64,000 nucleotides of DNA from an uncultured Candidatus Saccharibacteria bacterium (GCA_963716565.1 OY970318.1:452284-516283), one strand, 5' to 3'; counted from the first letter of the stretch, positions 1 through 9,546 are shown. Made by a program: numbers and translations. The notes: generated by a model from the sequence alone, not told the origin.

Positions 1-681
1 TGGCGTAGTTGTCCAGCCTAATAAATATATATCCTCGTCTTTTAATTTGAACTTTACGAACAGGCTAGGATCTTTTACATCATCACGATAACCTTCATTG
101 ACTTCAAAATTGCTTAAGGGAGTCTCACAACGAGGGCAATAGGGCATGCTTTTGTAGCTTCTATACAATAATCCTTTATCGTGTATCTGCCTTAAAACCC
201 ACCAGACGCTTTCGGTATAATTTGTGTCGATGGTGGCATAAGAATGCTCGGTGTCCGTCCAGCGACCTATTCTTTCGAAGAATAATTCCCACTCAGTTTT
301 ATACTTGAAAACTGAGTCGCGACAGGCTTGATTAAACTTATCTAGGCCAAGTTCTAGAATTTGTTTTTTACCGCTAATATTAAATTGTCTTTCTATAGCA
401 AATTCGACCGGTAAACCATGGCAATCCCAACCATTACGCCGTTCAACCTTATAGCCACGCATAGTTTTATAACGCCCAACGGCGTCTTTAATGCCAGTGA
501 CTAAAGAATGCCCAAAATGAGGCTGACCGTTAGCAAAAGGTGGACCATCGTAAAAGCTGAAAACAGGGGCACTGGCCCGGTTTTCTATACTTTTTTGAAA
601 TACCTTGTGACTCTTCCAAAAATCTAATATTTTTTCTTCTTGGTCGGCTGTAGGCGATTTTGTGACGTCTGATTTGTCCAT
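1..681 (-). CDS. ileS: Isoleucyl-tRNA synthetase, N-terminal 227 codons (gene runs off the window start)
   Basis: Not in the ORF track because it is truncated by the window edge. Minus-strand translation from ATG (681-679) reads MDKSDVTKSPTADQEEKILDFWKSHKVFQKS...FYDGPPFANGQPHFGHSLVTGIKDAVGRYKTMRGYKVERRNGWDCHGLPVE...MPYCPRCETPLSNFEV. It carries the class I HIGH-type motif (PHFGH) and GWDCHGLP, typical of IleRS. Confidence 0.85.
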   Translation of the reverse strand, partial: MDKSDVTKSPTADQEEKILDFWKSHKVFQKSIENRASAPVFSFYDGPPFANGQPHFGHSLVTGIKDAVGRYKTMRGYKVERRNGWDCHGLPVEFAIERQFNISGKKQILELGLDKFNQACRDSVFKYKTEWELFFERIGRWTDTEHSYATIDTNYTESVWWVLRQIHDKGLLYRSYKSMPYCPRCETPLSNFEVNEGYRDDVKDPSLFVKFKLKDEDIYLLGWTTTP

Positions 682-733
682 TTAACTATCAATTATAGAT
701 GTTATCTGTAATTTTGACTACGGGTAGATATCT

Positions 734-1000
734 TTAGGCCGGCTTATCGTAATACATTACCTCGTTCATTAGAGGTAATGTGTTCCCCTGCCATAGTTGC
801 AACATAGCGCCATCTTCAGCTGTAGCCAAGACCGCCGGGTATTGCACAATGCCGTAAAGCTCGGCTAAATCAACACCTTCTTGTGTATTTAAATCACAGA
901 CTGCTAGCTGGCGCCCCGTACGACGTGCATACTCGGTTTCGAACTCTTTTACCGAACGTTCTTGTTCAGAGTTGCTTCTATATAAAATTGTCACTTTCAT
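734..1000 (-). CDS. Small thioredoxin/glutaredoxin-fold protein lacking a CXXC motif
   Basis: The track ORF 734..1096 overlaps the nrdJ 3' end. The likely true start is ATG at 1000-998 (MKVTILYRSNSEQ...), preceded by GGAGGGGTGG. The b-a-b start and a YPAV (cis-Pro-like) segment resemble NrdH/Grx, but only one Cys is present. Confidence 0.6.
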   Translation of the reverse strand: MKVTILYRSNSEQERSVKEFETEYARRTGRQLAVCDLNTQEGVDLAELYGIVQYPAVLATAEDGAMLQLWQGNTLPLMNEVMYYDKPA

Positions 1001-1022
1001 ATACGTACCACCCCTCCATTTA

Positions 1023-3770
1023 TTAGCTGCAACCCGTTGTTGAACCACAGGCCGAGCAAACATAGCAGCTGCCCGCCCTCTGAGTTTGGTTGCCACAGTT
1101 ATAGCATATAGGCGCCGCTACGTCTTTGGCAACATTAGGCACATAAGAATCTGCCGAATGAGCATGATTTACTTCTTTGACATCATCTACTATTTCGGTG
1201 TCAGAATCCTTTAACAAGGTTATTTGGTCCTGCGGCATGTCGTCGATGCTGGCCAAGCCTAGTTCCAGACGATCATCAAAAGACAGATAGTCTAAGGCCA
1301 GCCGTTTAAAGATATAATCAATTATAGAGGTGGCAGTACGAATTTCTTTATCATCGGTAATACCGGCTGGCGCAAAACTAGTGCCCATTAAAGTTCTAAC
1401 ATAACTTTTTAGTGGCACGCCATATTGCAAACCATGGCTGACCGAAATAGCGAAAGAGTTCATTAAACCAGATAGTGTAGAGCCCTGTTTGGCGACACTA
1501 ATAAACAGCTCACCAGGAGAACCATCTTCGTATTCGCCAACCGTAAAGAATCCCTTTAAGTCCGACAGATAGAATTTATAGGTATGGCTACTGCGGCGCC
1601 TTGGCAACGTGCGACGAACTGCCCCTTTTACAATGAACGAATCTGATATGCCAGCGATGGCTTTTGATGTCTCGGTGGAGACTTCCCCGTCTTTTTTGGT
1701 CATTGTAAGCGGCTGGGAAACTTTGCAGTTGTCTCTGTAAATAGCAATTGCCTTGATGCCCATCTTCCAGGCATCAATATGCAGCTGCGCAATGTCTTCA
1801 ACTGTTGCAGATTCTGGTAGGTTTACGGTTTTGCTAATGGCACCCGACAAGAACGGTTGCACGGCGGCCATCATTCGTACATGGCCAAGATAATGTATGG
1901 AATTATCACCCATGGAGCAAGCAAAAACTGGCAAATGATCTTCATTCAAGTTCGGAGCCCCAACTATAGTTTTTTCTTTATCTATATAATTGATAATCTC
2001 ATCGGTAGCCGTCTTGTTATAGCCTAGAGACCTGAGAGCCCTTGGTACCGTTTGATTTACAATACTCATCGTCCCACCACCTACAAGCTTTTTGGATTTG
2101 ACTAAACCTAAATCAGGCTCAATACCCGTAGTATCGCAGTCCATCATTAAACCGATGGTTCCAGTCGGCGCCAGCAAAGTCGCTTGACAGTTACGTACGC
2201 CGTTGTTTTCGGCAAGTGCTAGAGCTTCATCCCAACTGTTAGCAGCCGCATTTAATAATCCCTCGTCTACCATGTCGGCTCTAATACTATTTAGTGCCTT
2301 GCGGTGTTGTTTTAACACCTTTAGCATTGGCTCTCTGTCTTTATGAAAACCGGCAAATGGGCCAATTTTACCAGCTATTTGCGAGCTCACCCCGTAAGCC
2401 TCCCCAGTCATTAAGGCCGTAATGGCAGCCGCCTGGGCTCTACCTTCATCTGAGTCGTAAGCTATGCCCTGAGCCATTAACATTGCCCCAAGATTGGCAT
2501 AGCCAAGCCCTAATGCTCGATATATCTTACTATTATTACCAATCTTTTCTACTGGATAAAAAGAGTAATCTACTAAAATTTCTTGGGCTAATAACACTAC
2601 GGTTATGGTGTGCTTGAAGGCTTCTACATCAAAGCTGCCATCTTGGTTTAAGTACTTCATTAGATTGATAGATGCTAAATTACAAGCCGTGTAGTCGAGG
2701 CTCATAAACTCGCTACAGGGGTTCGAGGCATTTATCCTGCCGGCATTAGGCGTGGTGTGCCACTTATTAACTGTAGTATCAAACTGCATACCTGGATCTG
2801 CACACTCCCAAGTTGCTTGGCAAAACTGATTAAACAACTCTTTGGCTTTAATAGTTTTAATAACTCGGCCGTCTGTTATCGCTCTTAAGTCCCAGTTTTT
2901 GTCTGCTTCTACAGCCTGCATAAATTCATCGGTAACTCGCACGGAATTGTTAGCATTCTGGTACTGAACGCTAAAGCTATCCTTGCCATCGATGCCCATA
3001 TCAAAGCCAGCTTCTGTTAAAGCGCGAGCCTTACGCTCTTCTAGCGCCTTACACCAAATAAATTCTTCAATATCGGGGTGAGCAACGTTTAAAATAACCA
3101 TTTTTGCGGCTCGCCTAGTTTTGCCGCCGCTTTTTATTGTGCCAGCACTAGCATCAGCACCACGCATAAAGCTAACTGGCCCCGAAGCTTTTCCGCCACT
3201 TGCACTAAGTTGCTCCTGGCTTGATCTTATAGACGACAAATTAATGCCAGCACCTGAGCCACCCTTGAATATTGTGCCTTCTTCTACGTACCACCCTAGT
3301 ATTGCTTCCATGGTGTCTTCTATGCCTAAGATAAAGCAGGCACTGGATTGTTGTTTGCGAGTTGGAACGCCAATGTTGAACCAAACGGGCGAATTAAAAG
3401 AAGCTCTTTGTGAGGCTAAAATATATTTTAATTCTTCCGAGAAAATAGTGGCTTCGTCTTTGTCTGTAAAATAACCGCTCTTCTCACCTGCTTCACGCAA
3501 AGTATTAACTACTCTGTCGACTAAAGTCCTTAACGACTCTTCGCGATCCGAAGCGCCTGGGGTACCGGCAAAATATTTTTGAGCCACAATATTTATAGCA
3601 TTTAACGACCAATCCTCTGGGAATTCTACATTTTTCTGTTCAAATACAGGCTCCTTAGAGGTTGGATTAGAAATTACTGAATCCCTTTTTGCCCAATTCA
3701 ATAAATCGTAGGCCTGCTGATTAGCTTTTGTATAAAACCGCTTAATTATAGCTTTTGACACTTGAGACAT
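1023..3770 (-). CDS. nrdJ: Class II (adenosylcobalamin-dependent) ribonucleotide reductase
   Basis: The 915-920 aa ORF carries ...NPCSEF..., ...LAPTGTIG..., and a C-terminal Cys-rich tail CYNCGNQTQRAGSCYVCSACGSTTGCS, typical of monomeric NrdJ. I prefer ATG at 3770 (GAGGG 8 nt upstream) over the track GTG at 3785. Confidence 0.9.
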   Translation of the reverse strand: MSQVSKAIIKRFYTKANQQAYDLLNWAKRDSVISNPTSKEPVFEQKNVEFPEDWSLNAINIVAQKYFAGTPGASDREESLRTLVDRVVNTLREAGEKSGYFTDKDEATIFSEELKYILASQRASFNSPVWFNIGVPTRKQQSSACFILGIEDTMEAILGWYVEEGTIFKGGSGAGINLSSIRSSQEQLSASGGKASGPVSFMRGADASAGTIKSGGKTRRAAKMVILNVAHPDIEEFIWCKALEERKARALTEAGFDMGIDGKDSFSVQYQNANNSVRVTDEFMQAVEADKNWDLRAITDGRVIKTIKAKELFNQFCQATWECADPGMQFDTTVNKWHTTPNAGRINASNPCSEFMSLDYTACNLASINLMKYLNQDGSFDVEAFKHTITVVLLAQEILVDYSFYPVEKIGNNSKIYRALGLGYANLGAMLMAQGIAYDSDEGRAQAAAITALMTGEAYGVSSQIAGKIGPFAGFHKDREPMLKVLKQHRKALNSIRADMVDEGLLNAAANSWDEALALAENNGVRNCQATLLAPTGTIGLMMDCDTTGIEPDLGLVKSKKLVGGGTMSIVNQTVPRALRSLGYNKTATDEIINYIDKEKTIVGAPNLNEDHLPVFACSMGDNSIHYLGHVRMMAAVQPFLSGAISKTVNLPESATVEDIAQLHIDAWKMGIKAIAIYRDNCKVSQPLTMTKKDGEVSTETSKAIAGISDSFIVKGAVRRTLPRRRSSHTYKFYLSDLKGFFTVGEYEDGSPGELFISVAKQGSTLSGLMNSFAISVSHGLQYGVPLKSYVRTLMGTSFAPAGITDDKEIRTATSIIDYIFKRLALDYLSFDDRLELGLASIDDMPQDQITLLKDSDTEIVDDVKEVNHAHSADSYVPNVAKDVAAPICYNCGNQTQRAGSCYVCSACGSTTGCS

Positions 3771-3911
3771 TGATTCTACCCTCACTTTTTTAATAAATTT
3801 GACACCTTAACGAGCGAACATAATCGTCTCTCTTGATTATGCCCACCCCTATTTTTGTTATTAAGACCCTTTGGTTATTAAATATAGCACTTCAAGCATT
3901 CAAAACGTACA

Positions 3912-4400
3912 TTATTTCTTTTTATTGTTGGTTTTTTTCTTCTCCTCTCGCTTTGCCCTAATTATTGCCAACTCCTTCTCGAAACCGGTAATATCACTGA
4001 ATCGACGATAAACACTGGCAAATCTAACATAGGCTACATCCGATAAGCCAGACAGCCCCTTAATTACCAGCTCGCCAATCTCCCTAGAAGACACTTCTGG
4101 CTCCCCTCGATCGTATAACCCCTGCTCAACATTTTCTACAAGCGATTCAATTTGGACATTAGTTACTGGGGTTTTTTCACAGGCTCGATTTATGCCAGCT
4201 AATATCTTATTTCTGTTAAATATTTCCCTGGAGCCACCCTTTTTTAACACTATCAACTGAGGCCTTTCAATCCTTTCGTAGGTCGTAAACCTAAAGCCGC
4301 ACCTTGAACACTCGCGACGACGACGAACAAAGCCAGCATTGACTGCGTCCCTAGATTCAATCACGCTTGTACCGCTATTTTGGCACTTATTACATTTCAT
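3912..4400 (-). CDS. nrdR: Transcriptional repressor NrdR (zinc ribbon + ATP-cone)
   Basis: MKCNKCQNSGTSVIESRD...RRRRECSRCGFRFTTYE...VAYVRFASVYRRF matches the canonical NrdR layout. The gene lies directly upstream of nrdJ. Confidence 0.92.
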   Translation of the reverse strand: MKCNKCQNSGTSVIESRDAVNAGFVRRRRECSRCGFRFTTYERIERPQLIVLKKGGSREIFNRNKILAGINRACEKTPVTNVQIESLVENVEQGLYDRGEPEVSSREIGELVIKGLSGLSDVAYVRFASVYRRFSDITGFEKELAIIRAKREEKKKTNNKKK

Positions 4401-4424
4401 AGTTTTGTTATTTTACCCCCAATA

Positions 4425-4440
4425 ATCACTATATGTAGCG
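4425..4440 (-). promoter_or_regulatory. Putative NrdR box upstream of nrdR
   Basis: The minus strand reads CGCTACATATAGTGAT, close to the published palindromic NrdR-box consensus acaCwAtATaTwgTgt. A weaker second copy sharing AAACGCTACAT lies 34 nt upstream (4461-4478). Confidence 0.4.
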
Positions 4441-4513
4441 TTTACTTATAGCATAATATACCCACCATGTAGCGTTTAGCAAACAATAAATGTGGTATTT
4501 TGTATAACGAAAG

Positions 4514-4864
4514 TTAGTCTTTTTTGTCTGATTCGTCTTTTTTGTGTCGACGCAATCTTCTTAGAAAAGAAGGCTTATCAAAACGATCTTCGTCTTCGGT
4601 TTTTGCCTCGCCATCAAATGACCAAATGCTTGGCAATGGGTCGTCAGCCTTTAGCTCGGCCTTGGGACTTTCTTCCTTCTCTTCTGTAGTTAAACCGGGA
4701 GCTTTTATCTCTTCTTTCTCATCCTCTGTTGCTTCTGGTTCGTCATCTTTCTTTTCTTCTTCGGCGGCCTTCATTAGCTGATCTAAGGTCTTGTCGTCTA
4801 CGTCATCAATAGCAGAATGCTTTTCTTCTTCTTTTTCGTTCTTCTTCGGACGCGCTAGACTTTC
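4514..4864 (-). other. ftsZ: FtsZ C-terminal linker plus conserved C-terminal peptide, displaced into the +1 frame
   Basis: The frame open from 4864 down to 4514 encodes an acidic linker (...[38 protein letters not shown]...). It ends in DRFDKPSFLRRLRR, which matches the FtsZ CTC (D-x-P-x-FLR) that binds FtsA. The span 4514..5843 is 1330 nt, i.e. 1 mod 3. Confidence 0.75.
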
Positions 4865-5843
4865 TTACATGAGCTCGATCTACGTAATATGAAGATTCAA
4901 AACCGGTAGCTATTACTGTGATAATTATTTCACCTTCGAGATCAGGGTTGATGGTAGTACCAAAAATGATATTGGCTTCAGGATCGGCGGCAGCAGTGAT
5001 TACTTCGGCGGCAGCATTGATTTCGTGCATCGACATATCTAGGCCACCTATAACATTAAATAAGATGCCCCTAGCCCCGTCTATTGAAATTTCTAGCAGC
5101 GGAGATTCAATTGCCTGGTGGGCAGCTTCAACAGCTCTATCGTCACCGCTAGCCCTACCAATGCCCATTAAAGCCGTACCAGCGTTGTACATGACAGTCT
5201 TAACATCCGCAAAGTCTAAGTTAACTAAGCCGTGCACGGTAATTAAATCGGATATTCCTTGTACGCCTTGCCTCAAAACGTCGTCAGCTACCTTAAAAGC
5301 CTCTAGTAGTGGCGTCTTGCGGTCTATGGTTTGCAATAATCGATCGTTGGGAATAGTAATCAAGGCATCAACGTTCTCGCGTAATTTTTCTATAGCGTAA
5401 TCGGCATTGCGACGCCTTTTTTCGCCTTCGAAGGCAAAAGGCTTTGTAGCAAAGCCCACTACTAAAGCGCCGGCGTCTTTCGCTACACTGGCGACAATAT
5501 ACCCAGCACCACTACCCGTTCCACCACCTGCACCGATAGTTACAAATACCATATCGGCGCCATCAATGACTTTTTTAATCTCATCTATAGAGTTATTGGC
5601 AGCCGTTTCGCCGATACTTGGATCAGCCCCCGCCCCTAAGCCTTTAGTGGTATCATCGCCAATGTGTAGCTTTTTATCGGCCTTGGAATGATGTAGGGCC
5701 TGAGCATCAGTGTTAACAACAACAAACTCCACGCCCTTAACGCCGGCGTCAATCATCCGATTAACAGCGGCGCAACCGGCCCCGCCAACACCAATTACTT
5801 TAATCCTTGCGAATGTCTCTATCTCTGGTTTAACTTGTGGCAT
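4806..5843 (-). CDS. ftsZ: Cell division GTPase FtsZ, globular core; C-terminal tail is out of frame
   Basis: [24 protein letters not shown] (tubulin signature) and NLDFADV are present. The ORF ends abruptly at ...[13 protein letters not shown] without the conserved C-terminal peptide. Confidence 0.93.
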   Translation of the reverse strand: MPQVKPEIETFARIKVIGVGGAGCAAVNRMIDAGVKGVEFVVVNTDAQALHHSKADKKLHIGDDTTKGLGAGADPSIGETAANNSIDEIKKVIDGADMVFVTIGAGGGTGSGAGYIVASVAKDAGALVVGFATKPFAFEGEKRRRNADYAIEKLRENVDALITIPNDRLLQTIDRKTPLLEAFKVADDVLRQGVQGISDLITVHGLVNLDFADVKTVMYNAGTALMGIGRASGDDRAVEAAHQAIESPLLEISIDGARGILFNVIGGLDMSMHEINAAAEVITAAADPEANIIFGTTINPDLEGEIIITVIATGFESSYYVDRAHVRKSSASEEERKRRRKAFCY

Positions 5844-5954
5844 AGTTTAATAGCACTTTCTTGCTTACTTTATGCTTATTATATACGAACGCACTAAAAA
5901 AGTATCCAGTGCTTTTTGTACTTTTTTTATTTGTAATAATTTTATACTCAGGCT

Positions 5955-7235
5955 TTAACGCTTGATGAACTTTTTGATTTTCGATGCTAGCTTTGATGGA
6001 GAGTAAAGACCAGAAGGCATATTTATTACACCAGGCCCCTGACCTTCCAAAATCATATCTAACATCATCAACCCAACACTCGTGGCGTATTCTGGGCTAT
6101 TAATTGTATCAACCAGTCCGCTTACTCCTTTTATAGAGCCAACTTTTACAGGTAGCTGTAGACGATCTTTAGCATATTCATCTATTCCGGGCATTTTTGC
6201 CGTAGCTCCAACCAAGACTACGCCCCCTGGTAGCTTTCTAGACTTACCAACTTTTTTGAATTCTCGATCGATTTGCTCAAACAACTCCTCCATGCGAGCC
6301 TCTATAACGAACCTAGTAATTTTTTCTGAAAATTGATGCTTCTTACCACCATGCTCAACACTTATGAACTCTGCTGGTGGCTCAGAGAAGTCCAATGTAC
6401 CGTGTGTTAACTTCACTTCTTCGGCAATTTCTAGGTCGGTTTTTAAGCCAATGGCTAAATCGTCTGTTAATTTTTTACTGCCTATCGGGATAACTGCCAG
6501 ATGCTCAACTTCGCCTTCTTCAATAATAACTACATTTGTAGTTCCGGCGCCAATATCAACCACAGCCGTACCTGCTTCTTTTTGGTGCCTATCTAGAACA
6601 GCTTCGGCCGCTGCAATACTTGAAACCGTATGATGATGTATGCCTATCTGGGCTTTTTCTAAGGCTGAATCTAGCGTTCTCAACAGCGGGGTTCCAGCTG
6701 TCACCACTAAAGTATCCACCTCTAAGCGGACACCTTGCATGCCAACCGGATCTTTTATATTGTCTTGGCCGTCTATTTTGTAATTTTTCGCAAAAACTTG
6801 AATAATCTCACGATTGTCGGGCAAATGGATAACCGCAGCCGTTTCTTCGGCTCTTAAGCGATCGTCATCAGTGATTTGTCTGTCTGGGTTACTTATAGCG
6901 ACCGTGCCATGCGATGGCTGACTGTTAATATGAGCTCCATTAACATTAACCGTAACGCCGTTGATTCTAACGCCGGCCATTCTTTCGGCCTCCGATACGG
7001 CATCACCTATAGCCTGGGCCACATCTTCAACATGAACTACGGCACCCTTACGCATTCCATAGTTTTTGCTTTTGCCCACACCTATTATTGACAGATTGTT
7101 TTCGTTTTCACTTTCTTTTTGCTCTAACATGCCAACAACACAACGTACATTAGCTGTACCAACGTCCAGGCCAATAAAATGCGGCATTCTTTGCATACTT
7201 TGTTTAGTATACCGCCTAAGCTTAAAAGACCGCAA
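5955..7235 (-). CDS. ftsA: Cell division protein FtsA
   Basis: Actin/HSP70-fold motifs are present (IGLDVGTANVRCVVG, VVDIGAGTTNV), with a C-terminal amphipathic helix KLASKIKKFIKR. The gene lies immediately upstream of ftsZ. The start is uncertain: TTG 7235 or ATG 7196/7187. Confidence 0.88.
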   Translation of the reverse strand: MRSFKLRRYTKQSMQRMPHFIGLDVGTANVRCVVGMLEQKESENENNLSIIGVGKSKNYGMRKGAVVHVEDVAQAIGDAVSEAERMAGVRINGVTVNVNGAHINSQPSHGTVAISNPDRQITDDDRLRAEETAAVIHLPDNREIIQVFAKNYKIDGQDNIKDPVGMQGVRLEVDTLVVTAGTPLLRTLDSALEKAQIGIHHHTVSSIAAAEAVLDRHQKEAGTAVVDIGAGTTNVVIIEEGEVEHLAVIPIGSKKLTDDLAIGLKTDLEIAEEVKLTHGTLDFSEPPAEFISVEHGGKKHQFSEKITRFVIEARMEELFEQIDREFKKVGKSRKLPGGVVLVGATAKMPGIDEYAKDRLQLPVKVGSIKGVSGLVDTINSPEYATSVGLMMLDMILEGQGPGVINMPSGLYSPSKLASKIKKFIKR

Positions 7236-7248
7236 GCCGATAGCGTAT

Positions 7249-7995
7249 CTATAGTCTAGTTAAAATCTCGGCACCATTTGCAGTAACTAAAACAGTGTCT
7301 TCGCAATGAGCCGATAAGCTACCGTCTTTTGTAGCGATAGACCAGCCATCGGCGGTGGTATAAACATCGTAGGCCCCCATCGTGGACATTGGTTCTATAG
7401 CTATAGTCATTCCCGACCTTAACACCGTACCGGTACCCCTTAGGCCATAGTTAGGGATATCTGGTTCTTCGTGCACTTGCCGGCCCACTCCATGACCAAC
7501 TAGGGTTCTTACTACGCCGTAGCCTGCGTTTTCGAGCACATTTTGGATTGCATAACCTAAATCACCAGTACGAGCACCATCTTTTACAGTATCAAGTCCT
7601 ACATCGAGAGCTCTTTGGGTAGTGTTAATTAATTTGAGCTTTGCCTTATCTTGGCTATCGACTAGTGTTGTGCGCGCCGCATCGGTAATCATTCCTTTGT
7701 ATTTAATGCCTAGGTCTAGACTTACCAAATCGCCCGATTCAATTACATAATCCCCTGGCAGACCATGAACAATTTGATCATTTACCGATATACATATAAC
7801 ACTCGGAAAATTACCATAATTTAAAAAGGCCGCTTCGGCATTATATTCCCCAATTTCCTTTTCGGCGATTTCAGCTATCTCTTGGGTTGTAATGCCCGGT
7901 CTAATTGAATCGATAGCTTTTTGTAAGACCTTGGCTAATATTTGACCGCTTTCGCGCATAGCGGCGATTTCTGATTCATCTTTGATTAGAATCAC
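7249..7995 (-). CDS. map: Methionine aminopeptidase, type I
   Basis: The 248-aa ORF carries the pita-bread metal ligand context (...DLGIKYKGMITDAART..., ...GHGVGRQVHEEP..., ...IAIEP...). Confidence 0.9.
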   Translation of the reverse strand: MILIKDESEIAAMRESGQILAKVLQKAIDSIRPGITTQEIAEIAEKEIGEYNAEAAFLNYGNFPSVICISVNDQIVHGLPGDYVIESGDLVSLDLGIKYKGMITDAARTTLVDSQDKAKLKLINTTQRALDVGLDTVKDGARTGDLGYAIQNVLENAGYGVVRTLVGHGVGRQVHEEPDIPNYGLRGTGTVLRSGMTIAIEPMSTMGAYDVYTTADGWSIATKDGSLSAHCEDTVLVTANGAEILTRL

Positions 7996-7996
7996 T

Positions 7997-8545
7997 TTAG
8001 GCCTCTATGTTTAAAGACTGTAGCTCTTTTAAAATGTCGGTGTGAATTTTTTCGGGTGTCTGATTAGCATCAATTTCAATAACTTGGATTCCACCAGCTT
8101 TTAATACACCTATGGCCGGCAAGGACGTTTGTTCAAACTCGTCAAATCTTTTTGAGATTGTATCGACATTGTCATCCATACGACCCCTTAGCAACATTCT
8201 TTCCTTAACTATCTCTTTATCAACATAAAGATATACCACTGCTGTAACTTTTAGGTTGCCTTTACGATTTTGCTCTAAGAGCCACTCGGCTTGGTCATTA
8301 TATCTGGGAAAACCATCTAGTACCAATTGCGGGCTATCGCCAAGATCCTTTAACTCTTCGTCTAATAATTGCGTAGCCTCTGCGCTATTAATAAGCCTGC
8401 CTTGTAACATTTGTTCTCGCTGCTTAGGCGTTGCTTTTTGTCTAAAAACCTCGCCCATAGACAACCAGCGCAGCTTTCCTCTTTCTACAAGCAACTCGGC
8501 TTGAGTACTTTTGCCTGATCCTGGTACGCCTAAGAGTATTATCAT
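7997..8545 (-). CDS. adk: Adenylate kinase (short form)
   Basis: The P-loop is GVPGSGKSTQ and LVLDGFPR is present. The protein is 182 aa and lacks a zinc lid. Confidence 0.88.
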   Translation of the reverse strand: MIILLGVPGSGKSTQAELLVERGKLRWLSMGEVFRQKATPKQREQMLQGRLINSAEATQLLDEELKDLGDSPQLVLDGFPRYNDQAEWLLEQNRKGNLKVTAVVYLYVDKEIVKERMLLRGRMDDNVDTISKRFDEFEQTSLPAIGVLKAGGIQVIEIDANQTPEKIHTDILKELQSLNIEA

Positions 8546-8985
8546 TTTATGCCCCCGTTTAAATAATCTTTTACGGCCACGGCTATTGTTTGCCCATCAG
8601 CTCGGCCGGCAATTTCCTTAACAGTGGCTGGCATAAGTTTTGCAAAAGTAGCTGGCTCTTCTAAAGTTTTAGCAATTTGTTCAACAATTTGCAAAATTTG
8701 GTCTTGGCTGAGCTCTTCTGGGACATATTTAACAAATAGACTTTTTTCGAACTTTTCTTTTTCGGCTAGCTCTTGGCGTTGATTGGCAGCATAAACAACC
8801 GCGGCTTCATCCCGAAGTTTAATTTCTTTCCGAATTAGAGCAGTTACCTCGACATCAGTTAGATCATGGCCTAGCTTAATTCGAGCATTTATGATGGCGC
8901 TTTTTAAAAAACGCAAAGCTTCGGCTGTTTTTTTATCACCCTGTTTTAAAGCCGAAACAATATCTTTTTCTATCTGCTGTTGCAT
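8542..8985 (-). CDS. GatB/YqeY domain-containing protein
   Basis: The 147-aa ORF begins MQQQIEKDIVSALKQGDKKTAEALRFLKSAI... and shows the typical YqeY-family pattern. Confidence 0.75.
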   Translation of the reverse strand: MQQQIEKDIVSALKQGDKKTAEALRFLKSAIINARIKLGHDLTDVEVTALIRKEIKLRDEAAVVYAANQRQELAEKEKFEKSLFVKYVPEELSQDQILQIVEQIAKTLEEPATFAKLMPATVKEIAGRADGQTIAVAVKDYLNGGIK

Positions 8986-9201
8986 CTAGCGTTGGCCGAA
9001 CTTAGCAATCATTGTTTTATCAGCTTTGCGCTCACGCCTTACGATGGCTTTACGCCTTCTGTCTCGCTTGCTGATCGGCTTTTCGAAATACTGTATTTGC
9101 TTAGCTGTGGCTAATACACCCGATTGCTGGACCTTGCGGCCAAAACGTCTGATCATACTTTCGGTGGATTCTTTAGAATCTTTCTTTGTGACTTGAATCA
9201 T
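8986..9201 (-). CDS. rpsU: 30S ribosomal protein bS21
   Basis: The 71-aa basic protein contains ...ESMIRRFGRKVQQSGVL...YFEKPISKRDRRRKA.... Confidence 0.88.
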   Translation of the reverse strand: MIQVTKKDSKESTESMIRRFGRKVQQSGVLATAKQIQYFEKPISKRDRRRKAIVRRERKADKTMIAKFGQR

Positions 9202-9246
9202 ATCTCGTACATTTTAAGATATAAACCGTAATTTTTCAAGGTTAAA

Positions 9247-9546
9247 CTACGGTTTTCTAATATTAATATTGTTTCTTTGGTTAGCTCTTTGGCTTTTTAG
9301 AACAATTCCTTGCAATTCTTTAAAGATAGCGAAGCTCTTATTCGTGGAATACATCTTGGTATTGCCCTGCTTTTCACTGGTCAAAAAACCAACCTTTTCT
9401 AACCTTTTAAGTTCGCGCTGAATATTACCAGCATCTTCTTTAATAAGCTTAGCTAACCCCCGAACGTGGGTTTTAAAATCTGGAAATTTAGCATAGACCA
9501 CTATGATCTTGCGCCTTACTCTGGATGTGATAAATACGTCTAACAT
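9247..9546 (-). CDS. Winged-helix (ArsR/MarR-like) DNA-binding protein
   Basis: The 99-aa ORF has an HTH-like segment, HVRGLAKLIKEDAGNIQRELKRLEKVGFL. It is divergent from priA. Confidence 0.55.
   Translation of the reverse strand: MLDVFITSRVRRKIIVVYAKFPDFKTHVRGLAKLIKEDAGNIQRELKRLEKVGFLTSEKQGNTKMYSTNKSFAIFKELQGIVLKSQRANQRNNINIRKP

Noticed and set aside
3121-3474. A plus-strand 117-aa ORF inside nrdJ, together with the many similar antisense ORFs in the track (for example 4918-5400, 5407-5691, 6082-7254, 8256-8504, 13415-15241, 15440-15889, 16635-17163, 25216-25425, 26457-26654, 29702-31002, 31484-34145, 45065-46056, 48852-49505, 57782-59389, 60300-63641).
   Set aside because: Each lies entirely inside a well-supported gene on the opposite strand or in another frame. 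All have low-complexity Ser/Leu/Pro-rich translations, lack an SD and lack any recognisable motif. They are typical shadow ORFs.
4492-4781. Plus-strand ORFs (65 and 85 aa) opposite the FtsZ tail region.
   Set aside because: They are the mirror image of the acidic, repetitive FtsZ linker, and their translations are low-complexity Ser/Phe strings.
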